Below, in pieces: positions 9,282 to 19,105 of a DNA stretch of 64,000 nt (positions are counted from its first letter, which is position 1; each line of letters starts with the position of its first letter). A program made the position numbers and the translations under genes. Origin of the DNA: an uncultured virus (IMG/VR IMGVR_UViG_3300021185_004515). Its lineage: Duplodnaviria > Heunggongvirae > Uroviricota > Caudoviricetes. The DNA lies in the IMG/VR virus record IMGVR_UViG_3300021185_004515; one strand, given 5' to 3'. Below the pieces are notes generated by a model, which was not told the DNA's origin, made no database searches, and saw only the letters and a list, made by a program, of their open reading frames with translations.

Positions 9282-10187
9282 ATGGAATGGTATTCTCGTC
9301 GGGAAGTAGCCATTGCACTCTGGAACCGTTTGCACAATCACGAAGTCAAGTGGTTAATTGATGACCCAGAAATTGGGGAGTTCGGAATTCGTAATGCCCG
9401 AGTTTCTCGTCAGGACGATGTCTTGCAATGGTTAAATATTCTGGACGCTGGAAAAAGACCTGTGGGAATCTATCTGGGAACTAATCTGGTAGACTGGAAT
9501 CAAATTAAACTACCGCCCCGATTGAGAGAAGGAGAAAATTGGAATCGTGAGGCCAGACAAGAATATCGTGAGTTGTGGAAGCAATACCACGACCCTGAAT
9601 TCTTAGGAGCAGAGAAATTCCTGGATACTTGGATAGGAAAATTGATGGTCTGGGATGTGGATGATGAAAATCTGGGGACTGCATTTCAAACAGCATTGAA
9701 AATTCATGACGAACTGTGTAGCCGTAGTCTCAGCCCTGAAATGATTTTTTCAGGAGGCAAGGGTTTTCATATTGTATTAAATTCTGAAGAGTCAGCGATG
9801 TGTGCAGGAGTGACTCTAAAAGAACTGATAGACAAGCCAAATCCTCTAAAATTATTGGGAAAACGCTATCGTGAAGCCGTGCAAGCCGTAGCGACCGTGG
9901 CAACAGGAGAATCTTTGTATCGTTATGACATGGCACCGACCCATCGCATGGGCCTCATCAGATGTCCTTATTCATTACATCAGAAAACTGGGCTACCTGT
10001 TTGGCCGTTAAGCAATAAAGAGATAGAACTTCTGAAGGGCAGTGTATTTATTACACCGCAAGATGTCGCAGATATTTTGTTTAGTTGGACTACTGAAAAT
10101 TGGTGGGGCGAGACCTGTCCTACATCTCCGATGAGTGTGGTCACAAGCCGTCATCAGTTTTTGTTCCGCCCAAAAGAACAAAGGTAA
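9282..10187 (+). CDS. priS: Archaeo-eukaryotic primase catalytic subunit
   Basis: MVWDVDD, FSGGKGFHI and LIRCPYSLHQKTG AEP motifs. Confidence 0.85.
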   Translation: MEWYSRREVAIALWNRLHNHEVKWLIDDPEIGEFGIRNARVSRQDDVLQWLNILDAGKRPVGIYLGTNLVDWNQIKLPPRLREGENWNREARQEYRELWKQYHDPEFLGAEKFLDTWIGKLMVWDVDDENLGTAFQTALKIHDELCSRSLSPEMIFSGGKGFHIVLNSEESAMCAGVTLKELIDKPNPLKLLGKRYREAVQAVATVATGESLYRYDMAPTHRMGLIRCPYSLHQKTGLPVWPLSNKEIELLKGSVFITPQDVADILFSWTTENWWGETCPTSPMSVVTSRHQFLFRPKEQR

Positions 10188-10884
10188 TCGCCGTAATGAC
10201 TCCTACAATGGCAACGAATTTACCAATAGAGGTTTCTTCAACCTCGGAATCATCATTATCGTTGGCTTTCTGCTCATCATATGCTGCACGAAGGCCCGCT
10301 ATATCTTCTGGGTCTACTCCGAAAGGTATTTCTGATTCGTCTTCAGGAGGAACTACTTCTACCTCATAACTATAAAAATTAGGATTTTGACGAGAAGGAG
10401 TATCACAATTTCCAGCAGTCAGAACTCGGTTAATAGTGATACGATAAGTTCCTGCTTCGGCAGGATACACTGAAGCATACACTGTGCCATGTTCTTTGTC
10501 ACCACCATAAATTATACCCCGCCTGACAATATTTTTCTCCCGACCTTGTGGATTTACATAGGTTACTGAGTAATAAGCCGAATGATTAGGATTATAATTG
10601 AAGTCACCTTCAAACACACCACTGCTATCGGTAGAGCGAAGTCCTATCATGATGTCGTTACGATACAAAGTCAGAGGCCCAGAGACTCCTTTTTCAGAAG
10701 TAGCCACAGAATAAATGTGGCGAGTATCACATTTCCAAGTGTTATCAGTTTCTATATCATAAGTGTCCAAGACCGAAATGTCAGAAGGATTTTTAACTAA
10801 TTGATAGTCAGTGTCATCAATCCAGGTTATACCTGAGTTAAAGGCAGCCTTCAGAGATGACCAAGAATCTTCAAAATACCCCAT
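10141..10884 (-). CDS. Protein with C-terminal membrane anchor
   Basis: Beta-rich body, acidic linker, FVAIVGVITAITFVLLGG. Confidence 0.75.
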   Translation of the reverse strand: MGYFEDSWSSLKAAFNSGITWIDDTDYQLVKNPSDISVLDTYDIETDNTWKCDTRHIYSVATSEKGVSGPLTLYRNDIMIGLRSTDSSGVFEGDFNYNPNHSAYYSVTYVNPQGREKNIVRRGIIYGGDKEHGTVYASVYPAEAGTYRITINRVLTAGNCDTPSRQNPNFYSYEVEVVPPEDESEIPFGVDPEDIAGLRAAYDEQKANDNDDSEVEETSIGKFVAIVGVITAITFVLLGGTKTDDGL

Positions 10885-10886
10885 AT

Positions 10887-11879
10887 TTAGACCCTCCTGT
10901 TTAATGCTAAGACCGTTCCCATAATAATTGCTGTGAGCACTGCACCAAATAGTTTTAGGTCATTTTTGCTCTGCTCTTTTTCCTCAGCCATAAGAGATTC
11001 TAAACCAGACATCTGCGAGGCAGATAGATAATTTGCTAAATCAATATCTGATTTGTAATTGATAGTATATACTTGCGTTAAGGGGAGTGAGCCTCCAGCA
11101 AAGGCACAATCATATTTATTCAAGGTCGGAGAGGTTTCAGAAGTAGCCACCATTGCGACTACATAGGCAATTTCCAACCATTCCTTGTATTTTATAGCCT
11201 TGGTTACCAACGATGCCCCACCTGTGAAAAACGCAAGTAAAATTTCCGCAGTTATTTCAACCACTATTGCCAGAACCATACCATCGTTTCCTCGGATAGC
11301 AGCAGTTTCCGCAGCAGCGTCTGTTGCATAAGACACCTCTATGGAAATAGGTCCTGCGGGCCAGTTGTCAGGAATGTTATACTCTCGTTCCAAATTACCT
11401 TCAGAATCCGTTTCTATGGTTTCTTCTTTCAGAACAATCAACAGTTGGTCTTCAGAGATTTTTTCTGTGGTGAGTCGTGACAATTCGGCCTGATTGTTTA
11501 TCAAGTCAGGCATCAGAAGAATCAATTCAGATTGCACACGCATAATTAGAGCAAAATTCATCTGGAGAAAACGAACTTTTAACCTGTCTGATTTACCTTC
11601 GCCACCAGAGCGGGTCTGGGCTTTCAATACAAATATGTTGTTGTCTTCCACAGTTTTTAAATCAAAAGTGTTAATCTTCACACCTTTGACCGTAGTTTTC
11701 TGAAATGATGACCTCTTTCCACGAGGCGAAATATATTCCATCTCTGAAGCCAGTGACGCATAACAATCAGGGCCATCAGTGCTCCCGTCGCCAAAAGTGT
11801 TGTCCCACCAACTGGCATTGTCCTCTTTAATCTGGTCCCAGTCACCATCTTTTGCATCAACGGTTTCCAACAGACTCAC
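10887..11879 (-). CDS. Membrane protein, putative virion component
   Basis: Internal hydrophobic segment ILLAFFTGGASLV and C-terminal TM ending in RRV. Confidence 0.75.
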   Translation of the reverse strand: MSLLETVDAKDGDWDQIKEDNASWWDNTFGDGSTDGPDCYASLASEMEYISPRGKRSSFQKTTVKGVKINTFDLKTVEDNNIFVLKAQTRSGGEGKSDRLKVRFLQMNFALIMRVQSELILLMPDLINNQAELSRLTTEKISEDQLLIVLKEETIETDSEGNLEREYNIPDNWPAGPISIEVSYATDAAAETAAIRGNDGMVLAIVVEITAEILLAFFTGGASLVTKAIKYKEWLEIAYVVAMVATSETSPTLNKYDCAFAGGSLPLTQVYTINYKSDIDLANYLSASQMSGLESLMAEEKEQSKNDLKLFGAVLTAIIMGTVLALNRRV

Positions 11880-12715
11880 GCCCCAGAAGGTTCTGGGTCG
11901 GGGCTGAGAGAATCAAGGGTATCTCCTACTGCCTTGGTAGTCCCAAATATTAAGACCATTATTTTGTAAGTAATATAACCTGCTATTAACCAGAAAGTAA
12001 GTGTAATGAATCCTCGCATTTTACCCCAAAAGGAAATAATTCCATTAGTGGTTCCTTCGGGCAAGAAGCCCCACCGTTCCAAAGTGTTAGTGACTCCTGC
12101 TATTAAATCTAAACCGCCACTCCACATAACGAATCCAACTCCTGCGACAACAACTATTCCCGTGGTGGCACGAGGATATTTTTTAGCGGTGTCAAAACTT
12201 CCGTTTAGCAGCCTTCTTCCAAACCCTTGGGTAGTAGACTCAACTACTTCATCAGCCATGCCAGATTTTTTCAACACATCATCAGACTTACCCAGACCTT
12301 TTCGGGCAGTGTCTTGCATAGCATCTTTACCAATCTTAGTAACTTTGGTATTCATGGCTCTACTTAATGATTTATACAGTGTCGGGTCACCCAATTCTTC
12401 AGAAATTTCTTTCGCAGCCTTACTTGCTTTCTCTGCACTGGTAGATAAGAGTTTAGAAACAGTAAATACTGAGTCATTTTTTGCGGCACGAGATAGAGGT
12501 GTGATAATATTATCCAACTTAGCCATAACCTTAGTGTCAATTTCGCCACTCAAACGAGTAGCCTCAGCAAGTTTGCTGGCCTTAGTGACGGGTGTTCCAG
12601 CAGCCTCCAGATTTTTCAGCACCAGTTTCCGACCAGCCCTGCTATTAACTGCGTCAGCACCGATGCTACGGGTTGTTTTGGCACCCAGTCCAATTATGTC
12701 ATCTCCCCAACCCAT
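11876..12715 (-). CDS. Helical Ala/Lys-rich membrane protein
   Basis: Two TM segments; GAGGTGA SD; promoter TTAAATAGCAAC near 12757. Confidence 0.75.
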   Translation of the reverse strand: MGWGDDIIGLGAKTTRSIGADAVNSRAGRKLVLKNLEAAGTPVTKASKLAEATRLSGEIDTKVMAKLDNIITPLSRAAKNDSVFTVSKLLSTSAEKASKAAKEISEELGDPTLYKSLSRAMNTKVTKIGKDAMQDTARKGLGKSDDVLKKSGMADEVVESTTQGFGRRLLNGSFDTAKKYPRATTGIVVVAGVGFVMWSGGLDLIAGVTNTLERWGFLPEGTTNGIISFWGKMRGFITLTFWLIAGYITYKIMVLIFGTTKAVGDTLDSLSPDPEPSGA

Positions 12716-12754
12716 GATTTCACCTCGGTAATGATTATTTGTCTCTGTTGCTAT

Positions 12755-13525
12755 TTAAGTTTGCTTCCACAAAAATACGACATAATCTATATCACTGGAC
12801 CAATTATAGACTAACCACTCATCATATATCTCTGCATTTGTGGGAATAATCCGTTTTTTATGTTTCATCTTCGTTCGCTTTCCAGTCATTAAGATTTCTT
12901 CGTGCCAGGTCCAACCATCCAGAAAATTAGCCAGTTTTGTGTGTCCTAAAAGATTACCTATGTGTTCATTTGACTCCTCATCCTCAAACATTCCACTGTA
13001 TGATAACCAATCTATCCGATACCCAGCCTCATCATCATCGTAGCCCCAAATTGTGGGCCTCATAGTATCCCATCCCTTAAAAATTAACTTGTAGGTCATC
13101 CATCTATCCTTCCCTGAATATTTATCCTCAGTTTCAGGATAAATGTATTTCCAAGGTATTGGGGTAGTGCCATAAACCATATCCCACCAGGATTTGGCCT
13201 CTTTAGCAGAATCCTTTCCCATCAATCCTGCTCCACTCGGCATCTGCACTCCATCTTCATCTTCATTGAAATAAAAACCGACCTCCTCTGGCTCAAAAAT
13301 AGCATCTCTTGAATCATCCATTAGTGAGAAATTGATGTAGGAGCCAAGTTGCTGCCACACCTTTTGTAATGATGTATCAACTATGGTATGTATTTTCTCG
13401 GCTGTATTTGCATTTATTCTGACCAGCGATTCGTGGTCGTAGGAAAAAATGGTTGCTCCCCAAATAGTAGACGCATCAACAGCAAGACTCCTCTTGAGCC
13501 AATTGAGCGGAACGGGCAAACCCAT
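12755..13525 (-). CDS. Hypothetical protein with N-terminal PLNW
   Basis: MGLPVPLNWLKRS; 256 aa. Confidence 0.8.
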   Translation of the reverse strand: MGLPVPLNWLKRSLAVDASTIWGATIFSYDHESLVRINANTAEKIHTIVDTSLQKVWQQLGSYINFSLMDDSRDAIFEPEEVGFYFNEDEDGVQMPSGAGLMGKDSAKEAKSWWDMVYGTTPIPWKYIYPETEDKYSGKDRWMTYKLIFKGWDTMRPTIWGYDDDEAGYRIDWLSYSGMFEDEESNEHIGNLLGHTKLANFLDGWTWHEEILMTGKRTKMKHKKRIIPTNAEIYDEWLVYNWSSDIDYVVFLWKQT

Positions 13526-13584
13526 AATTTTAATACACCCTTCTGTTAGTTAAATTTAAGTGTCAGCGCACCCATATTATATTC

Positions 13585-14055
13585 ATGAGCGATGCTTTAC
13601 GGGCTATGATAAATTGGCAACGAGATGTCAATAGGCCGCAAGGTTGGTATTGGGATTTAGCACAACACATCCCCTATGAAAATACTCGGACTCTTGGGAG
13701 ATTCTGGCCTGGAAATATTGATGTTGCCTTGCAAGCGTTTTTCCAAATGTGTCCCTGTGGAGAAGGCACAGATGATGAGGGAGAACCACAATATACGGAA
13801 ATTGTAGCGAAATACAATAATGAGGTCAAAGAAACATACACCGTATCAGAGGGAGATACAGGACTCACGGAACGACACAATACGGTATCAGGGACCACAT
13901 TAGAAGACGGTATCAAAAACAATAATTACACTGATAGCCGATTATATAGATTGCTGAAGAAAGCCATGGAGAATCCAGATTTTATTTCATTCACTACGAA
14001 CAATTATGACGAACTCGTTCTAACCAGAATTGATGTGGCAGAAAGATTGAAATAG
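13585..14055 (+). CDS. Hypothetical protein with N-terminal INW
   Basis: MSDALRAMINWQR. Confidence 0.75.
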   Translation: MSDALRAMINWQRDVNRPQGWYWDLAQHIPYENTRTLGRFWPGNIDVALQAFFQMCPCGEGTDDEGEPQYTEIVAKYNNEVKETYTVSEGDTGLTERHNTVSGTTLEDGIKNNNYTDSRLYRLLKKAMENPDFISFTTNNYDELVLTRIDVAERLK

Positions 14056-14076
14056 TTTGGCGGCGCAAATGGGACT

Positions 14077-14232
14077 ATGGGATTGCGTCAATTTGATGAA
14101 AGGATGAAAATCTGTCGTGAGTGTCCAGAACTTAAACGCAAGATACTTGGCAGTTTTTGTAATGTCTGTGGATGCAATATGAAACTCAAAACACAGGTGC
14201 CATCAGCCGAGTGTCCCTTGAAAAAGTGGTAG
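14077..14232 (+). CDS. Small Cys-rich protein (DUF6171-like)
   Basis: Hand-translated ERMKICRECP...CNVCGCNMKLKT...ECPLKKW; TTGAAATAG 30 nt upstream. Confidence 0.75.
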   Translation: MGLRQFDERMKICRECPELKRKILGSFCNVCGCNMKLKTQVPSAECPLKKW

Positions 14233-14263
14233 TGTTAAATAGGTAGTAGCACACAGTAAATAT

Positions 14264-14569
14264 ATGCCTGAAGTTACAGCCAGCCTATATGATAATGAAA
14301 ACGATGCCCTAAGCCATGCGGCTTCAGTGGTAAGCAATCTTGACCTAAATGATATTTTGAATCCGAAGCGTTTGGTTCAAGTAGTTCACCCTAATCAAGT
14401 TCACAATTCTGATACTATGTATCTGGTGATTGCTCCTCAAGACACAGAAATGTTGTTCAGCAAGCGTGAGTCCGTTCGTGGCGAAGCATTGCAAAAGGTT
14501 GCTAAGTTGGAAGCCCAATTGACTGCACTTCGTAGCAGCCATGGTTTCCTCGCTGAATCCGAAGAGTGA
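14264..14569 (+). CDS. Hypothetical protein
   Basis: TTAAATAGGTA 29 nt upstream; ends FLAESEE. Confidence 0.75.
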   Translation: MPEVTASLYDNENDALSHAASVVSNLDLNDILNPKRLVQVVHPNQVHNSDTMYLVIAPQDTEMLFSKRESVRGEALQKVAKLEAQLTALRSSHGFLAESEE

Positions 14570-14583
14570 GGTGATGGCCTCTG

Positions 14584-15186
14584 GTGAGGCAGATTGATTG
14601 CCCCGACGGTCGTGCTATCTCAGGATTTGAGGTTTATGACCCTGATACCGAGCCTCTCGGTGTTCAACAACAGCGTGGCCGTAGTCAAAACTATGTTGCT
14701 GCCACGGCTTTTTGTCCTCAGTGTAGTCAATTGTATGAATGGGATGCTCGTTTTGGCGAACCCAAATTAAAATGGAGTCTAACTAAGTCAGATTATTGTT
14801 TTGATTTGCAATATGAAACTGATGATGCTGGCGAAGTGTTTGTCAGATGTCAATCCTGTGGACACGATTTACGAGAGGAACCCAAGGAATTATTGGGAGC
14901 GACTCCAACGAAAACATCTCCTCGTGAAAAGAAGAAGCAGGAATTTCACCAAGAATGGCTCCGAGCAGTTACCAACCACAACAATCATTTTGTGATGGAT
15001 GTGGAAGAATTTAAGAGAATGGCGGTAATTGGTTACCAATCTAAACTCACTATGAATCCTTGCGCCAAAGTGGGTGCTAATACTTATTTCGTAGTGTGGG
15101 ATGATTATCTTAATCACTATGAAACAATGACTGTGGGCGGTAAGCAGAAAATAGGTATCGCCCGCAAATGGTGGAAAAGTCTGTGA
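14584..15186 (+). CDS. Zn-finger protein
   Basis: CPQC and CQSC pairs; GAGGTGA SD before GTG. Confidence 0.75.
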   Translation: MRQIDCPDGRAISGFEVYDPDTEPLGVQQQRGRSQNYVAATAFCPQCSQLYEWDARFGEPKLKWSLTKSDYCFDLQYETDDAGEVFVRCQSCGHDLREEPKELLGATPTKTSPREKKKQEFHQEWLRAVTNHNNHFVMDVEEFKRMAVIGYQSKLTMNPCAKVGANTYFVVWDDYLNHYETMTVGGKQKIGIARKWWKSL

Positions 15187-15223
15187 GCAAAAGCCTAAAT
15201 AGCAATAACGACCTAAATAAGTC

Positions 15224-16048
15224 ATGACTCGTGAATCATCTCCAGAATTTTTAGCACTGGAACAGATGCTGCGGGCCAATAATACGGCTGTAATCAACTG
15301 GAACCCACAAGGAACTGGTCTGACCCGACAGAGCCTACAAGAGAAAAAAACTACTAAAGCATCTAAAAATTTACAGAAATCAGGCGGAACTGTGTTTGAT
15401 TTTGCAGACCCTTCTTGTGGAAATTGGGGAGCCCTATCCAGTTGGGTCAATAATTTACGCCAACGAAACTCTTCTAAAAGAAACAGTTGGAATCCTAAAC
15501 GCAACCATTTCGGTGGTATGATGCCAGAAATGCAATATGTGGTAAGCGATGGACGAGATGCCCGAGATTTCCGATATACCAATGGGGCTCTCTACAAAGA
15601 AATGGATGGTAAAGAGATGCGGTTGGTTTGTCAAAACTGCAATACTAATTGGGTTCGTAGTCCTGCTCAATCCAGAGCGGGTTATGCTAATCGTTGCCCA
15701 TCGTGCGGAACCACGGATTCATTTTCCGAAACTGGACCACACAACATCAAATTTCCTGCACTGACATTTCCTGTGGCTTTAGCCAACAATCCGAGTTGCA
15801 CCGTAGGATTCGTTAATTTATATGGTCGTGAAGCAGACCGTATGCGTAACTCTATTCAACCTGGAGTTCGCTTCAGAGCCAGATTTTATGGGAAGGCAGG
15901 ATGGAGAACTCGTGAAAAACCTGTTAATGCTCAAGGCCAAAGGCCCAGAGGCAGAGGAGCCTACGAGCGATATAACTATCTCAATATGACCTTGGGAAGT
16001 GCTTCTTACAATCAATCTGCATCATCAGGATTTATTACTATTGAATAA
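15224..16048 (+). CDS. Basic protein with Zn ribbon, possible OB fold
   Basis: CQNC...CPSC followed by beta-strand-like C-terminus. Confidence 0.7.
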   Translation: MTRESSPEFLALEQMLRANNTAVINWNPQGTGLTRQSLQEKKTTKASKNLQKSGGTVFDFADPSCGNWGALSSWVNNLRQRNSSKRNSWNPKRNHFGGMMPEMQYVVSDGRDARDFRYTNGALYKEMDGKEMRLVCQNCNTNWVRSPAQSRAGYANRCPSCGTTDSFSETGPHNIKFPALTFPVALANNPSCTVGFVNLYGREADRMRNSIQPGVRFRARFYGKAGWRTREKPVNAQGQRPRGRGAYERYNYLNMTLGSASYNQSASSGFITIE

Positions 16049-16082
16049 TTGCTTAAATAGGTAAGACATTACAGTTAGGGGT

Positions 16083-16700
16083 ATGCGGATGAGCCTAAGA
16101 CAAAAATTTGACGAAATGATGGCCGAAGGTTTGGAGGAAGAAATTCGTAGTGTGGCTGAAACCACTAATATTGTCAATTCTGAATCGGCTCCGATTTTGC
16201 CAGTGATTGCTCAACTACCAGATAGTGAGCCTTTTATTGCAGGAGCGTTTTTATTGGGACAAGATTCTGAGGGCGAAGCAGAATTGCTATTGACGGAACC
16301 AGACGAAACCGACCCAGAAGTCCCCACAGAAAAATTACTGACTTGGTTGAAACAAACTATGTTTATGGAAGGGCTGATGGAATGCGATAGTCCTTGTGAA
16401 TTACTTTTAGATTTCAATATGGCAGTAGTGGCTACGGCTAAGGATTTCACTGATGCCGAATCTTTGGGTTGGGACGCAGTTTTTATGGAAATCAAAAATT
16501 ACGAACGCAGCACCAATCGTCGGGCTCTAAATCAAATCGCAGGAAAAGGACAAATCCAGAATTTGTTGATTGATGTCCTCAAAAGTATGATGAAGGATAT
16601 TTCAAATAATCTGGACGCTTATCTGGAAGAAACAGAAGAAATCTCAATTGAGGAATCTGACCCTGAATGGTCTGATGATTTTAAATCGGAGTGGGCATGA
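16083..16700 (+). CDS. Acidic hypothetical protein
   Basis: TTAAATAGGTA 30 nt upstream. Confidence 0.75.
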   Translation: MRMSLRQKFDEMMAEGLEEEIRSVAETTNIVNSESAPILPVIAQLPDSEPFIAGAFLLGQDSEGEAELLLTEPDETDPEVPTEKLLTWLKQTMFMEGLMECDSPCELLLDFNMAVVATAKDFTDAESLGWDAVFMEIKNYERSTNRRALNQIAGKGQIQNLLIDVLKSMMKDISNNLDAYLEETEEISIEESDPEWSDDFKSEWA

Positions 16701-17046
16701 TGTGGATTATACTATATGGGATTCATGAAAACATGAGTGTGTCGGAGTTAGCATTTGCTAATCAAAGAGATGCCCAGATTCATGCCGAAGAATTGATTAA
16801 CACCCCTGAAGTGCAGGAAAAATACGGCGCAGCATATTATGAATTGCGTCGTGTATATGTGATACGGTGATATTATGGCTGGCTGGGAATTTTATGATGC
16901 AACGGCGGATGCTGACGAGGAAAAACACTCTTCAGGATTTTTGGGATTGTGGTTCGGAGCCTTCGTATTTGTGATTGTTTTGACGATTGAATTGGCTCTG
17001 ATGAATGGTTAAATAGGTAATACACCACATCAATTCATGAGGAACC

Positions 17047-17286
17047 ATGAGTCGTAATCTAAGAGCAAGAGATATAGCCCAAAGAGATAATGCCGTTGTG
17101 CGAAAGGACAACCACACTTGGCAGGTGCAATCCACCGATGGCCGAAGTGAATATACGGTTATTGATTGGGGCGACAGGAAACAATGCAACTGTGTTGATT
17201 TTCGTAGACGCAAGCAAGACTGTAAGCATATCAAGGCAGTAGATTTTACCATTCTCAAGGAACGATTTGGTGACTTGATTAACTGA
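17047..17286 (+). CDS. SWIM zinc-finger protein
   Basis: YTV......CNCVDF.....CKHIKAV (CxC...CxH). Confidence 0.85.
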   Translation: MSRNLRARDIAQRDNAVVRKDNHTWQVQSTDGRSEYTVIDWGDRKQCNCVDFRRRKQDCKHIKAVDFTILKERFGDLIN

Positions 17287-17295
17287 GGAATTATT

Positions 17296-17586
17296 ATGAG
17301 TATTAGAGCGAATAGATGGATTGAAGAAGTAGCCGAATTGTTAAGAGAGCGAGCAATGATTAGCACAGAAATTGCCGAACGACTCAAGGCTTCAGGCAAA
17401 GGTGGTCGTTATCCGCCCAGCCCACGCCGAGTGACATTTGTGTGTCGTAGCGATAAGCGATTCCGAGAATTGGGAGAAGAAGTTGTGGGAACTATTGCTC
17501 GCAACCGAAGCCATCCAGTTAAATTGATTGGAAGAGTAGATACCAAATATTCTGTGGATGCACCCTATCGTGCTATACTGGAGTGA
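17296..17586 (+). CDS. HTH/wHTH DNA-binding protein
   Basis: MISTEIAERL...PSPRRVTFVCRSDKRF. Confidence 0.65.
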   Translation: MSIRANRWIEEVAELLRERAMISTEIAERLKASGKGGRYPPSPRRVTFVCRSDKRFRELGEEVVGTIARNRSHPVKLIGRVDTKYSVDAPYRAILE

Positions 17587-17590
17587 TACT

Positions 17591-18055
17591 ATGAAAGCCG
17601 TGGCCGTATTGATGATGACGATGCTATGTCTGGCTGGGTGTATGAGTGAATCAGACCCTATCACAGAAACCGATGAACCTGAACCCATTATAACTGAGGG
17701 TTGGGATAATCAATCGCACCAATATTGGAACATTCAACCGATGAGTATGATGAACATCTCTGAAATGTCTTTTAACAACACAGGATTTGTTAATATCTCT
17801 ATTCAGATTAGTGCTTTCTTTCACGAACCACTTTTGTGGGAACAAGGCTATGTAGAATATCAATTGGAATACAACAATGAAACTGTGTTCAACCACTCCA
17901 TGAGTCTTGGAGAGGAAAATTTCTCTGTCAATCTCTCTAATGTGTCGGGAAATATCACCATCCGTATTCAAAGCAGTGGAAGCGACGACCCAGCCACCAG
18001 TGAACCAGGTGATTTCTTTATTGCTCGCACCGAATACACTATGACCTCATCCTAA
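17591..18055 (+). CDS. Lipoprotein
   Basis: MKAVAVLMMTMLCLAGC lipobox; many NxS/T sequons. Confidence 0.8.
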   Translation: MKAVAVLMMTMLCLAGCMSESDPITETDEPEPIITEGWDNQSHQYWNIQPMSMMNISEMSFNNTGFVNISIQISAFFHEPLLWEQGYVEYQLEYNNETVFNHSMSLGEENFSVNLSNVSGNITIRIQSSGSDDPATSEPGDFFIARTEYTMTSS

Positions 18056-18297
18056 TGGTTATATAGGTGTGCTGACAACCATTAACTATGAGCCTCTGGA
18101 ATCGTGTCAGTGTCTGGCGTTTGGAACGAATCAATCGTAAGTTCCCTAAGCGTCGTAACCCCGATATTGCTAACAAGGCAGAAATGTTGGAAAGGAGGAT
18201 TCAGAATGGACGACTATAAAAAAATGTTGTTGATGACTAATGGATTCCGTCTGGCAACAGTTATTCTGGGCATAATTCTCATCCTGGTGTGGTAGAC

Positions 18298-18408
18298 ATG
18301 GATTGTGTATCGTGCCACAGTAAATTCAATAACTCTTCGGAGGAAACTGACTCGGGAATCTTAAAACACTTATGTCCCGAATGTCGGCTAATGGAATCTG
18401 GCTGGTGA
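18298..18408 (+). CDS. Micro Zn-finger protein (36 aa)
   Basis: Hand-translated MDCVSC...LCPEC. Confidence 0.55.
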   Translation: MDCVSCHSKFNNSSEETDSGILKHLCPECRLMESGW

Positions 18409-18466
18409 TGCAGGAAACCGAAAACTATATAAGTGATGCCAACCTAATATAATATGAGGAAGAACC

Positions 18467-18601
18467 ATGATATGCGATATGTGCTTAGAACCAAACGCCC
18501 AAGAACGAGGACTACGATGCGGTAAATACCGTATTTGTAGCCCCTGCTTAGATGCTTCTATTGAAGCCCGAATGTTTTTGATTGGGAGGGATAAAAAATG
18601 A
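18467..18601 (+). CDS. Micro Zn-finger protein (44 aa)
   Basis: Hand-translated MICDMC...ICSPC; GAGGA SD. Confidence 0.55.
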   Translation: MICDMCLEPNAQERGLRCGKYRICSPCLDASIEARMFLIGRDKK

Positions 18602-18695
18602 GTGACCAACTGAAAATCAGAATTGAAACCGAAGAATACATCTATGAAGAGTGGATTGTTGAATAGTTTATATACTGTGAGGGAGAGGAATTAAC

Positions 18696-19049
18696 ATGGA
18701 ACAAATAAACATGATGAACCAGTGGCAGGATTGTCGCAACGAAGCAGCATATGAAGTAGAAAACCCTGACGGCACTGTCAGGAATTATGTGAACTCACGC
18801 AAGGCCACCGAGATTTTTGCAGAACGCTTTCCTGATGAAGAAATTGCCTTAGTCTATCGTCACAATGACCGAGTAAAAACTGGATTCAATCATTGGATGG
18901 TTCCCGCATTCTGTGTGGATGCTGAAATGTCTACCAGAAATTTTGAGGAACCTATTTGGTGCAAGATTGGTAGTTATCAAGCCATGCTACGGGAACAAAA
19001 TCGCATTATGCGTCGGGCAGGATGTAGTCCTTCCCAGCACGATGAGTGA
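18696..19049 (+). CDS. Hypothetical protein
   Basis: TTTATATAC box and GAGGA upstream. Confidence 0.7.
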   Translation: MEQINMMNQWQDCRNEAAYEVENPDGTVRNYVNSRKATEIFAERFPDEEIALVYRHNDRVKTGFNHWMVPAFCVDAEMSTRNFEEPIWCKIGSYQAMLREQNRIMRRAGCSPSQHDE

Positions 19050-19075
19050 ACAGGTATATAACCTTACCTAAATAC

Positions 19076-19086
19076 TTAAATAGGTA
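19076..19086 (+). promoter_or_regulatory. Class A TATA-like promoter TTAAATAGGTA (example, tfb)
   Basis: Same box or a close variant at 5292, 9252, 14235, 16053, 17009, 20061, 22202, 24837, 26804, 29049, 43436, 48521 (+) and 62845, 61667, 53153 (-); mostly 29-30 nt before ATG. Confidence 0.85.
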
Positions 19087-19105
19087 AAACCAAAAAGGGA
19101 TTATT

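Noticed and set aside
12006..12731. 241-aa plus-strand ORF
   Set aside because: Antisense shadow of 11876-12715, which has the SD, promoter and TM features.
14890..15582. 230-aa minus-strand ORF
   Set aside because: Overlaps two plus-strand genes that have promoter or SD support.
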